From Escherichia phage vB_EcoM_DalCa, in the sequence record NC_054908.1: a stretch of 64,000 nucleotides of DNA; one strand, written 5' to 3'. The notes beneath the pieces were generated by a model. The model searched no databases and was not told the origin of the DNA. It worked only from the letters and a program-made list of their open reading frames with translations. Positions within the stretch are counted from its first letter, which is position 1. Every line of letters starts with the position of its first letter. Of the stretch, positions 41,497 to 50,841 are shown in pieces. The position numbers and the translations under genes were made by a program.

Positions 41497-43761
41497 TCAT
41501 AATTTACAGGATGAACAATCTTCAGCTTTTGGAGTTTCTATTTCATAATCATCAGTACCAGAACCGTCACGGGTATTATGATAATAGAAATTTTTTCCGC
41601 CAAAATACCAGAAATACAAAAGGTCATCAATCATTATTGACATTGGAACCTTGCCTTTAGGGAAGATTTGGGGGTCATAGTATGTATTCGCCGAAGCTGA
41701 TTGACAAACCCATTTCAGCATAATAGCTACCTGCGTAAGATAAGGTTTATTACCTTTCTTAGCTAATTTCCATGTATAATCATAAAGGTCTATGTTATGC
41801 TCAATATTGGGCACGACTTGATTAAAGGAGCCCTCTTTTGATTCTTTAACAGAGACTGGTCCACGTGGAGGCTCGATACCGTTTGTACTGTTAGAAACTT
41901 GGGAAGATGACTCACATGGCATAAGTGCTGATAGTGTGCTATTACGGATGCCAAAGAGCTTAAGGTCTTCCCGCAGCGACGACCAGTCACAAACGTATTT
42001 TGGAGCTGCGATTTGGTCAATCTTTTTATTGTACCAGTCGATAGGTAATTCGCCTCGAGACCAACGAGTGTCTGAATAATATTCACAAGGTCCTTTTTCT
42101 TTGGCGAGTTTAATGGATGCTTTAATAAGTCCATACTGTAATCTCTCAAATAGTTCATGTGTTAAATCGTTAGCATCTTCATAAGAAGCAAAGTTACTTG
42201 CCAACCAAGCTGCATAGTTAGTAACACCTACACCGAGGTTACGACGCTTTTTAGCTTTTTCTGCTTCAGGAACTGGATATCCTTGGTAATCCAAAAGATT
42301 ATCAAGAGCACGAACCTGGACTTCTGCCAATTCATTAATTTTATCTTGGTCTTGCCAGTCAAAATTATCCAGTACGAATGCAGAGAGAGTACACAATCCA
42401 ATTTCAGCATCAGGACTATTCACATCATTTGTTGGAATAGCAATTTCACAGCACAAGTTACTCTGACGAATAGGTGCCTTTTCACGAATAAACGGAGTAT
42501 AGTTATTCGTATTATCAATGAACTGTACATAAATCCTTGCTGTTCCTGAACGTTCAGTCATGAGCAATTCAAATAGTTCACGGGCTTTAATACGCTTTTT
42601 ACGAATATTAGGGTCTTTTTCTGCTGCTTCGTATAATTCACGGAAACGGTCTTGGTCTTTAAAATAAGAATAATACAGCTCTCCACCCATTTCATGTGGA
42701 CTGAACAAAGTAATGTAATCGTTCTTTCCGAATCGTTCCATCATCAAATCATTCAGTTGAACACCATAATCCATATGACGAATGCGGTTTTCTTCTACGC
42801 CTTTGTTATTTTTCAAAACGAGAAGATTTTCAACTTCCAAATGCCAAATAGGATAATAAGCAGTAGCAGCGCCGCCACGAATTCCGCCCTGTGAGCATGA
42901 TTTAACAGCAGTCTGAAAATGTTTCCAAAAAGGAATAACACCAGTATGACGCACTTCACCCATGCCAATCTTAGAACCTTCGGCACGAATCATACCAACG
43001 TTAATACCAATTCCAGCACGTTTGGAGATATATTCAACAATTGAAGCAGAAGCCTTATTAATAGACTTTAATGAATCACCTGCCTCAATAACAACGCATG
43101 AACTAAACTGCCGAGTTGGAGTACGGCAACCAGCCATAATAGGAGTTGGTAATGAAATCTGTCGAGTAGATACTGCTTCATAAAAACGAATAACATGTTT
43201 TAATCTATCAACAGGTTCATCTTGATGCAATGCCATTCCAATAGTCATAAATGCAAACTGAGGAGTTTCATAAATTTGACCAGTGGTTTTATCTTTAACT
43301 AGATATTTTTCTTTTAATTGCATCGCCCCGGAATAAGTAAATTCCATATCCCGTTCGTGCTTAATTTTTGATTCTAAAAATGTAATTTCTTCTGCTGAAT
43401 ATTTTGACAACAATTCAGGGTCATATTTACCTTCATTTACACAGTAAGAAATATGGTCAATAAATGAACGTGGTTCATACTGCCCATAAACATGCTTACG
43501 AAGAGCGAACATTAGACAACGTGCAGCTACATATTGATAATCAGGCTCTTCAACCGAAATAGAATTCGCAGCGGCCTTAATGACAATAGTCTGAATATCA
43601 TCAGTTGTCATTCCATCACGGAGATAAGATTTAATATTTTCATATAATTCATAAGGATCTACTGATGTTCCCTCAGCTGCCCAAGATAAAACTTTAATAA
43701 TTTTTTGTGGGTCAAAGCTCTGAGAAACACCACTACTTTTGATAACATTAATTAATTGCAT
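41497..43761 (-). CDS. nrdA: Ribonucleotide reductase large subunit NrdA
   Basis: 754 aa; C-terminal CSSCKL redox cysteines. Confidence 0.9.
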   Translation of the reverse strand: MQLINVIKSSGVSQSFDPQKIIKVLSWAAEGTSVDPYELYENIKSYLRDGMTTDDIQTIVIKAAANSISVEEPDYQYVAARCLMFALRKHVYGQYEPRSFIDHISYCVNEGKYDPELLSKYSAEEITFLESKIKHERDMEFTYSGAMQLKEKYLVKDKTTGQIYETPQFAFMTIGMALHQDEPVDRLKHVIRFYEAVSTRQISLPTPIMAGCRTPTRQFSSCVVIEAGDSLKSINKASASIVEYISKRAGIGINVGMIRAEGSKIGMGEVRHTGVIPFWKHFQTAVKSCSQGGIRGGAATAYYPIWHLEVENLLVLKNNKGVEENRIRHMDYGVQLNDLMMERFGKNDYITLFSPHEMGGELYYSYFKDQDRFRELYEAAEKDPNIRKKRIKARELFELLMTERSGTARIYVQFIDNTNNYTPFIREKAPIRQSNLCCEIAIPTNDVNSPDAEIGLCTLSAFVLDNFDWQDQDKINELAEVQVRALDNLLDYQGYPVPEAEKAKKRRNLGVGVTNYAAWLASNFASYEDANDLTHELFERLQYGLIKASIKLAKEKGPCEYYSDTRWSRGELPIDWYNKKIDQIAAPKYVCDWSSLREDLKLFGIRNSTLSALMPCESSSQVSNSTNGIEPPRGPVSVKESKEGSFNQVVPNIEHNIDLYDYTWKLAKKGNKPYLTQVAIMLKWVCQSASANTYYDPQIFPKGKVPMSIMIDDLLYFWYFGGKNFYYHNTRDGSGTDDYEIETPKAEDCSSCKL

Positions 43762-44078
43762 AAGTCCTCAACTTGAAAATCGTCTTTAAACAATCGGTTA
43801 ACTATATGAGCTATTATATCACCATGACACGGCTTTGGTTTACATGTGCATCCTAGCCTCATTCCACGTAAAGGCTCTAAATGTGCTTTAGTTATTTCTC
43901 CGGATTTAATTCGACGTATAAAATCTTTTTTGAATAATTCAATGGCAACCTCCCGGCTGCCAGCATCTTTACCGACGTAATTTCCCCAAAATGTACCACG
44001 GTGAATATTAACATCAAAGTCGGATTTGTATTTATTCACTACCCGACATAGACGGCCCGCGCGGTGATAATTCGGCAT
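43752..44078 (-). CDS. Hypothetical Cys-containing protein between td and nrdA
   Basis: 108 aa; [12 protein letters not shown] cluster; overlaps the nrdA start by about 10 nt. Confidence 0.55.
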   Translation of the reverse strand: MPNYHRAGRLCRVVNKYKSDFDVNIHRGTFWGNYVGKDAGSREVAIELFKKDFIRRIKSGEITKAHLEPLRGMRLGCTCKPKPCHGDIIAHIVNRLFKDDFQVEDLCN

Positions 44079-44295
44079 ATTGTTTTTCCGTTAAAACAGT
44101 AATATCGTAGTAACAGTCAGAAGAAGTTTTAACTGTGGAAATTTTATTATCAAAATACTCACGAGTCATTTTATGAGTATAATATTTTTTGCCATAAATG
44201 ATAATAGGCTGATTTGGTCCTGGAACTTCTAGCTCACTTGGATTAGGAAGTGTAAAAAGAACAACGTCAGAAGTATCTTTAAATCGTAAAATCAT
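44032..44295 (-). CDS. Hypothetical small protein between td and nrdA
   Basis: 87 aa ORF overlapping the td stop by 4 nt. Confidence 0.5.
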   Translation of the reverse strand: MILRFKDTSDVVLFTLPNPSELEVPGPNQPIIIYGKKYYTHKMTREYFDNKISTVKTSSDCYYDITVLTEKQYAELSPRGPSMSGSE

Positions 44296-45152
44296 ATTGC
44301 CATTTTCCCTTTAATTGCTGGATGCGATTCATAATTTTCAAGGATAAAATCTTTCGGTTTCATGTATTCAGTTAACCAGTAAAGCTGTGTTTCGGTGTCA
44401 CAATTTCCAAACTCTATAGGCCAATCAATTTTAAGTTCACATAGTTCTTTAGGCTCACGACGTAAAATTTCTTTACATTGCTCAGTATGATTCATATAGA
44501 TGTGAGTATTACCACCAGAAAATATCAAATCTCCTGGGATAAGATTACACATCTTAGCCACAATATGCGTCAAGGCAGCGTACGAGGCAATGTTGAATGG
44601 CAATCCCAAGAAAACATCTACACTTCTTTGGTACCATTGTAAATCAAGATAACCATTACGCACATTAAACTGATAGAACATATGACAGGGCGGTAATGCC
44701 ATTTGATTGATTTCAGCTGGATTCCATGCTGAAACGATTTGACGTCGATCAGTTGGTAATTTTTTAATACGATCAATAGTTTCAACTAATTGATCCACAC
44801 CGCCGAAATCACGCCATTGTTTACCGTATATAGGACCAAGTTCACCACTATGATATCCTAGGTCTTTAGCCTGGTTTTCATAGTTATCGTCCCAAATAGT
44901 TTTACCTTGAATAAGACTACCATGTGTGCGAAGACGTAAATCATTAACATTGGTAGAACCGGAAATAAACCATAGAAGCTCAGCAATGCATGCATTCCAC
45001 GCAAGCTTCTTAGTTGTTACCGCAGGAAAACCTTTAGTTAAATCCCAACGTAATTTAGTACCGAACAAAGCAATTGTTCCTGTGCCTGTTCGGTCATCGG
45101 TTTCATAGCCATTTTCAAAAATGTCTTTAATTAAATCTTGGTATTGTTTCAT
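44292..45152 (-). CDS. td: Thymidylate synthase, uninterrupted
   Basis: 286 aa continuous ORF; active-site region [10 protein letters not shown]. Confidence 0.95.
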   Translation of the reverse strand: MKQYQDLIKDIFENGYETDDRTGTGTIALFGTKLRWDLTKGFPAVTTKKLAWNACIAELLWFISGSTNVNDLRLRTHGSLIQGKTIWDDNYENQAKDLGYHSGELGPIYGKQWRDFGGVDQLVETIDRIKKLPTDRRQIVSAWNPAEINQMALPPCHMFYQFNVRNGYLDLQWYQRSVDVFLGLPFNIASYAALTHIVAKMCNLIPGDLIFSGGNTHIYMNHTEQCKEILRREPKELCELKIDWPIEFGNCDTETQLYWLTEYMKPKDFILENYESHPAIKGKMAI

Positions 45153-45197
45153 TTAGTACCTTATATAAATTATAATACATTTTATGAAGCTAAATAA

Positions 45198-45545
45198 TCA
45201 ATACGGTTTAGCATCAAATTTTCTCTCAATTTCAGGCGTGAAATATAATTCTTTACCGCGTTTGGAAAAGCGACCAATAATATGATAATTATTCTCATCA
45301 AACGTGATATTACCAATATCCATAGCTTTCAACCAAATATCGATATTTCTATCCAGCTTTATGTCAAAATTCCAATACGGTGAACTATTACCGAAAATAC
45401 TGCAAGCGGATTCAGTGAAACAACTGCTATAAATCTTGTCTTTAGGAACTACTAATTGATAGACACCTTTAATAAACTGAGGACCCTGCCACTTTGGCTG
45501 TTTCGTGTCTTTTTCTAATAGAATAGGGTAATAATTAAAATTCAT
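45198..45545 (-). CDS. Hypothetical protein located between frd and td
   Basis: 115 aa ORF flanked by short spacers; no recognisable nuclease motif. Confidence 0.6.
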   Translation of the reverse strand: MNFNYYPILLEKDTKQPKWQGPQFIKGVYQLVVPKDKIYSSCFTESACSIFGNSSPYWNFDIKLDRNIDIWLKAMDIGNITFDENNYHIIGRFSKRGKELYFTPEIERKFDAKPY

Positions 45546-45564
45546 ATTTCCGCCACGTGTTATT

Positions 45565-46394
<830 letters not shown>

Positions 46395-46404
46395 ATTATT
46401 TTCC

Positions 46405-46647
46405 TTAAACAGACTTTTTCACAATTTTCCAATCAGCTTTAAACTGCTCGACGTCAGAATGGTAAATCCAGAATCCTGCGCTTTCACCGTCTTCATAAAG
46501 CGGACACCCATCACATTCATCTTCCCATCCCATGCCACGTAAAAGGTGTTCAGCTTTTTCAACAAGTTCAGAATCTTTACCGATGATATTAAAATACCAT
46601 TTACCTCTAACTTCTGAATCTTTGATGCTCTGGCGTTGTAATCTCAT
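46405..46647 (-). CDS. Hypothetical protein (frd.x block)
   Basis: 80 aa ORF with TAAGGAGAATAAA RBS. Confidence 0.55.
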   Translation of the reverse strand: MRLQRQSIKDSEVRGKWYFNIIGKDSELVEKAEHLLRGMGWEDECDGCPLYEDGESAGFWIYHSDVEQFKADWKIVKKSV

Positions 46648-46657
46648 TTTATTCTCC

Positions 46658-46726
46658 TTAGCAAGCTTTAATCAAAAGATATAAACAGACCAACATAACT
46701 GCTGCCATAATATAAGGTGCGAACAT
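46658..46726 (-). CDS. Candidate 22 aa hydrophobic micropeptide (MFAPYIMAAVMLVCLYLLIKAC)
   Basis: ATG with GGAG 9 nt upstream; its stop lies within the RBS of the next gene; single TM-like segment. Confidence 0.3.
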   Translation of the reverse strand: MFAPYIMAAVMLVCLYLLIKAC

Positions 46727-46785
46727 TTTCTTTTCTCCATTAGTTTTGATAGGGTAATAGTATCACACTACTACCCTTCTGTAAA

Positions 46786-47151
46786 CTACTTTTTGAAAGT
46801 TTTTCGCAAAAGTTCAATGATTTCATCTACATTGTTTTCGTCAACAATGCAGTGAATTTTTGTTACGCCAGAAACTTTGTCTTTGACTTCATCTTCTTCA
46901 GAAGTCGGTTCTTTATACTCACGAAAACAATGAAATTCGTCTTCACAAACGTTAAAGTAAAAATGCTTTCCATTTGCGCATTCAATGTGTTTTATTACTC
47001 TAAATCCATCAACAAAGAAAGCTTCTTTAACTTCAAACCATCCGCCATTTTCTTGAATAATTTTAACTATTGCTGAATTAGAACGTGGGCGATAATTAAT
47101 AAATGTATCAATAAGTCTTGGAACAAGTTCATACTTTTTACCGATATACAT
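46786..47151 (-). CDS. Hypothetical protein (frd.x block)
   Basis: 121 aa ORF. Confidence 0.6.
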   Translation of the reverse strand: MYIGKKYELVPRLIDTFINYRPRSNSAIVKIIQENGGWFEVKEAFFVDGFRVIKHIECANGKHFYFNVCEDEFHCFREYKEPTSEEDEVKDKVSGVTKIHCIVDENNVDEIIELLRKTFKK

Positions 47152-47195
47152 TATGTTTTCCTCATTTTAACGGGGCTGTAATAGCCCCTTGATAA

Positions 47196-47423
47196 TTATT
47201 GTTCAATCAATCCCATGTAAAATTCTGCGTCTTCAGAATCCATACCATCACAATATTCATTAGCCATAAAGCGGGTGAGGTCTTCAAGAGGACCTTCAAT
47301 AACGATTTGAATACTCCAAAACTTAGAATCTTGCACGCTTGTGATACTAAGTTCAGGATAACGATTACGAATAATTTCTTCGATATATTCAAAATCAACG
47401 ATGTCAATATCAACTTTAGCCAT
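47196..47423 (-). CDS. Hypothetical acidic small protein downstream of gene 32
   Basis: About 75 aa from the ATG at 47423 with AAGAGGAAA RBS; track ORF extends further upstream. Confidence 0.5.
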   Translation of the reverse strand: MAKVDIDIVDFEYIEEIIRNRYPELSITSVQDSKFWSIQIVIEGPLEDLTRFMANEYCDGMDSEDAEFYMGLIEQ

Positions 47424-47520
47424 ATTATTTTCCTCTTTAATCATCAGCAGTATTGCCGATAGTTGTATAGTACCATGGAAGGACAAGGATGTAAACCGTT
47501 TTGTGAAAAAATTTTTGAAA

Positions 47521-47545
47521 TAAAAAGGGGACCTCTAGGGTCCCC
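47521..47545 (-). terminator. Rho-independent terminator after gene 32
   Basis: GGGGACC-ctag-AGGTCCCC followed by TTTTTATTT on the minus strand. Confidence 0.7.
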
Positions 47546-47567
47546 AATTAATTAGTAATATAATCTA

Positions 47568-48476
47568 TTAAAGGTCATTCAAAAGGTCATCTAGGTCCGT
47601 GTCATCAGCACTAGATGAACTGCCAGAGCTTGAGCTCATAAAATCATCTTCAGTTTTTGTATTGAAGTCATCAACATTGAATGCATCCAAATCATCAGCA
47701 ACTTTATCAGCTTTCTTAGCAGCAGTTGCAGCAGCACCGCCCATCACAGCAGTTCCCATAACTTGACCGAATTTAGTGCTCAGTTCTTCAAACGATTTGA
47801 ATTTATCTTTAGAAGTCATTTCAGAAAGGTCAACCATTTGTTCGAACAGTTCTTTCTGGAAAGATTCATCGTCAATGTTTGGAATCGCAGATTGATTCAG
47901 GAATTTAGATTCGTCGTAGTTACTAAATCCAGAAACCTGTTTAACTTTCAGTACAAAGTTAGCACCTTCCCACGGACAAGTTACATCAACCGGAGTTTCA
48001 CCCATTTCAACATCAACTGCAATCATTGCGTTGATTTTATCCCAGATTTTCTTACCGAAACGGTATTTAAATACTTTACCTTCATTTTCTGGAGCAGCTG
48101 GGTCTTTTACTACAAGAATGTTAGCCCAGTAAGAAGTTTTACGTTTAACAAGACCGTACTCTTTATTGTCAGTGTTATACAAATCATTTTTACTGATGTA
48201 CTGACATACTGGACAAGAATCGTAATCACCGTGGGTAGATGAACAGTTTTCAATATACCATTTACCATTTTTCTTGAAACCGTGATTTACAAGAATTGCG
48301 AATGGTGCTTGTTCATCATTTTTAGACGGAAGAAAACGAATTACTGCTTGACCGTTACCCGCATTGTCGAGTTTCAGTTTCCACTCGCCTTTATCTTCAG
48401 AAGAAAAACCACCTTTATTTCCAGCCAGTTTAGCCATTTGTGCAGCGAGTTCAGCAGTAGATTTACGTTTAAACAT
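47568..48476 (-). CDS. 32: Single-stranded DNA-binding protein gp32
   Basis: 302 aa; acidic Ser/Asp-rich C-terminus; pseudoknot-like leader upstream; strong terminator downstream. Confidence 0.95.
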   Translation of the reverse strand: MFKRKSTAELAAQMAKLAGNKGGFSSEDKGEWKLKLDNAGNGQAVIRFLPSKNDEQAPFAILVNHGFKKNGKWYIENCSSTHGDYDSCPVCQYISKNDLYNTDNKEYGLVKRKTSYWANILVVKDPAAPENEGKVFKYRFGKKIWDKINAMIAVDVEMGETPVDVTCPWEGANFVLKVKQVSGFSNYDESKFLNQSAIPNIDDESFQKELFEQMVDLSEMTSKDKFKSFEELSTKFGQVMGTAVMGGAAATAAKKADKVADDLDAFNVDDFNTKTEDDFMSSSSGSSSSADDTDLDDLLNDL

Positions 48477-48508
48477 TTTTATTTCCTTTTTAATTTAATT
48501 AACAGTTG

Positions 48509-48543
48509 GTGCTATGACGATGTATGACCTCATAGCTGGTCAG
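48509..48543 (-). promoter_or_regulatory. Gene 32 mRNA leader pseudoknot-like element (translational operator)
   Basis: Minus strand UGACC-AGCUAUGA-GGUCA-uacaucg-UCAUAGC: two interleaved stems, followed by an A/U-rich stretch to the ATG. Confidence 0.55.
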
Positions 48544-48550
48544 TGAGGTA

Positions 48551-48576
48551 ATTATAATCTATTTATAATAAGCAAT
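48551..48576 (-). promoter_or_regulatory. Gene 32 promoter cluster (MotA-box-like ATTGCTTAT, TATAAATA and TATAAT)
   Basis: Minus strand reads ATTGCTTATTATAAATAGATTATAAT upstream of the gene 32 leader. Confidence 0.5.
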
Positions 48577-49229
48577 TAATACCTACAAGATTTCACAGTT
48601 TCAATGAAAACACTTTTAGCTTTCTGTGAATCAATATTTAAAATTTTTCTATAAGCCTTTAACTTTATAGAATAATTATTCCAGACTAAATTATCAGTCT
48701 GTTCATCATGTTTATCAATTATATTTAAAAACGAATCAAGCAAGATAAACGTTTCAAACGAAATTATATTCGATTGAAGTAGTTTAAAAATATAACTTGA
48801 TTGAACTTTTGGATTATACTCAAAGATTTCTTTAAAAGCAGAAACTTCAACTTTTTTACTAAAATAATAAATGTTGCGAATATCTTCTTCAAACTTAAAT
48901 TTAATTTGCTTTAAGCGTCCGATATATTCACGATAAAACACAAGTGCATCAGCGTCAGAGATGTCACCAATCCAAGCATCTTGGTTAGCTACAAGATTGC
49001 TAATAAAAATTAAAGTTAATTCTTTTAATTTATACTTTTCTGATAGCTTTTGGAAAAAATACTTATCCCTTCGCTTTTGATAAGCGGCATCAGACACCCG
49101 CATGCACCAATTATACTTAATTACATCATACTTTCCATTCATATGTTGTTTTATCATTAAGTATAATTTATAAACTGATTTACCATCAATGTATCTTTCA
49201 CCACCAGCAGGCATGCGGAGTTTAATCAT
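48576..49229 (-). CDS. 59: Helicase loader gp59
   Basis: 217 aa, same length as T4 gp59; order 59-32. Confidence 0.9.
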   Translation of the reverse strand: MIKLRMPAGGERYIDGKSVYKLYLMIKQHMNGKYDVIKYNWCMRVSDAAYQKRRDKYFFQKLSEKYKLKELTLIFISNLVANQDAWIGDISDADALVFYREYIGRLKQIKFKFEEDIRNIYYFSKKVEVSAFKEIFEYNPKVQSSYIFKLLQSNIISFETFILLDSFLNIIDKHDEQTDNLVWNNYSIKLKAYRKILNIDSQKAKSVFIETVKSCRY

Positions 49230-49564
49230 AGTAGAAAATCTAATGTATTAGTTTTTTCACAACGAACAACAGAAGGACGTAAAAGATTTTCGTCAATGGC
49301 TTCTGACTGAATTTTTTCAATTATACCCGAAGGAATAAATTTAGCAAATTGAGTTTCAGGAATAGAGTTTTCTTCCAAGAATGCTGTCGTAGCTTCAAGA
49401 TAACTCATTCCAAACTCTTCTACCATTTTTTCAATGATAAATCCATTTTCTTGACGATCGAGAAGCTTTGCTATTTCATCCTTTTCTTTCTTAATTGAAA
49501 GTTCTTTTTCTGAAAGTCCGGTCTCATCGACCGGACGAATATCATTTAGAGAAAACTGTGTCAT
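49226..49564 (-). CDS. 33: Late transcription co-activator gp33
   Basis: About 112 aa from the internal ATG; coupled to gp59. Confidence 0.85.
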   Translation of the reverse strand: MTQFSLNDIRPVDETGLSEKELSIKKEKDEIAKLLDRQENGFIIEKMVEEFGMSYLEATTAFLEENSIPETQFAKFIPSGIIEKIQSEAIDENLLRPSVVRCEKTNTLDFLL

Positions 49565-49811
49565 AAAGTTCAACTACCTCTTCAGTTTCAGCTTCAAACA
49601 CATCACGATTATCTTTATGATACAAAGCTAATAGACGATTAAACATCTTACCATCAACGCCAAGTTCATCTTTGGCACGAATTCGAATATCTTTAATCAG
49701 TTCATTATAACCGGAAATTTTCAGTTTATGATCAGATGCTTCTTTAATAAATTTAGCCAAGTCTTCGCCATGGATAGCTTCATCAAATTCAACCATTTCT
49801 TTTTTAGCCAT
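49542..49811 (-). CDS. dsbA: DsbA double-stranded DNA-binding protein
   Basis: 89 aa; position between rnh and 33. Confidence 0.8.
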   Translation of the reverse strand: MAKKEMVEFDEAIHGEDLAKFIKEASDHKLKISGYNELIKDIRIRAKDELGVDGKMFNRLLALYHKDNRDVFEAETEEVVELYDTVFSK

Positions 49812-49819
49812 TATTCACC

Positions 49820-50737
49820 TCAAAATTCATTAATGCTATTAGTTAATTTAGAAAGACCCGCTTTTACAAAATATGAATAAATTTTGCCACGCGGTGGTAA
49901 TTTATATGAATTATAGTAATTCACAATGTTTGAAGCAATATTATCAGGAATATAATCAAAATCAATTAGAACTAAATTTTCTTTATAACGATTATATTCA
50001 GATTCTGTGAGAAGCACCTTAGCTTGTTCACGGTCATTAGCAATAGCTTCAACGATTGAAGTTTTCATTGAAGGAGTTCGTTCACCTTCAACTTTGGTAA
50101 ACCAAAAGTCAGATCGTACTTTAACTGAAGCAACGTTATCCTTTTTGTCACCTTTAAGGATTTTAGTCATACAGTCAATTTCAGCAGAACCGCTTTTAAT
50201 TTTAACCCATTTCTTATGCATCGGTGACCATTGCTTAACATTTGGGTATTTGTGAAGCTGTGTAAAGTCACCATCCGACGAAATGATTAAAATCTTATGT
50301 CCTTCTAAAGAGAACTTTTTAACAAGAACAGCAATATGGTCATCTGCTTCATACTTATCAATATCCATAACAATGTATGGCATATAAGCTTTCAATTCAT
50401 CTATAACTTTATGACTGGATTCAAAATAACCTTCCCAGTCCCAAGTAGATTCTTCTCGTGCTTTTCCACGGTTTTTCTTATAATAATAAGCGAAATCACG
50501 ACGCCAGTATCCAGATTTCGCGTTATCAATACACAGTACAATTTTAGTGTATCCAAGCGTTTTTGCTTTTTTGACATTAAACTTAATTGAGTTCAATATC
50601 AAATGACGAACCATTGATAAATTAATTTTTTCTTTATCTGGGAAGTTTACCAGAGCAGTTGAAAGAGCAATTTGACTAAAGTCAATAAAGCAAATTCCTT
50701 CTTTGTAATCTTCATCCAGCATCATTTCTAAATCCAT
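49820..50737 (-). CDS. rnh: RNase H (5'-3' exonuclease / flap endonuclease)
   Basis: About 305 aa from the ATG at 50737; position before gene 34. Confidence 0.85.
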   Translation of the reverse strand: MDLEMMLDEDYKEGICFIDFSQIALSTALVNFPDKEKINLSMVRHLILNSIKFNVKKAKTLGYTKIVLCIDNAKSGYWRRDFAYYYKKNRGKAREESTWDWEGYFESSHKVIDELKAYMPYIVMDIDKYEADDHIAVLVKKFSLEGHKILIISSDGDFTQLHKYPNVKQWSPMHKKWVKIKSGSAEIDCMTKILKGDKKDNVASVKVRSDFWFTKVEGERTPSMKTSIVEAIANDREQAKVLLTESEYNRYKENLVLIDFDYIPDNIASNIVNYYNSYKLPPRGKIYSYFVKAGLSKLTNSINEF

Positions 50738-50799
50738 ATGAACCTCGTTCAATTAGTGAGATTTCTATTATATACTATCTAAATCTTAAAGTAAACAGG

Positions 50800-50807
50800 T
50801 ATAAATA
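50800..50807 (+). promoter_or_regulatory. Late promoter box TATAAATA for gene 34
   Basis: Exact TATAAATA about 35 bp upstream of the gene 34 ATG. Confidence 0.6.
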
Positions 50808-50841
50808 CTTATTATTGAAAACACAATAGGAGCCCGGGAGA

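Noticed and set aside
44292-45152. Looked for a group I intron or homing endonuclease interrupting td (and nrdB at 40267..41445)
   Set aside because: Both genes are single uninterrupted ORFs of the expected length; no intron-sized insert or nuclease motif.
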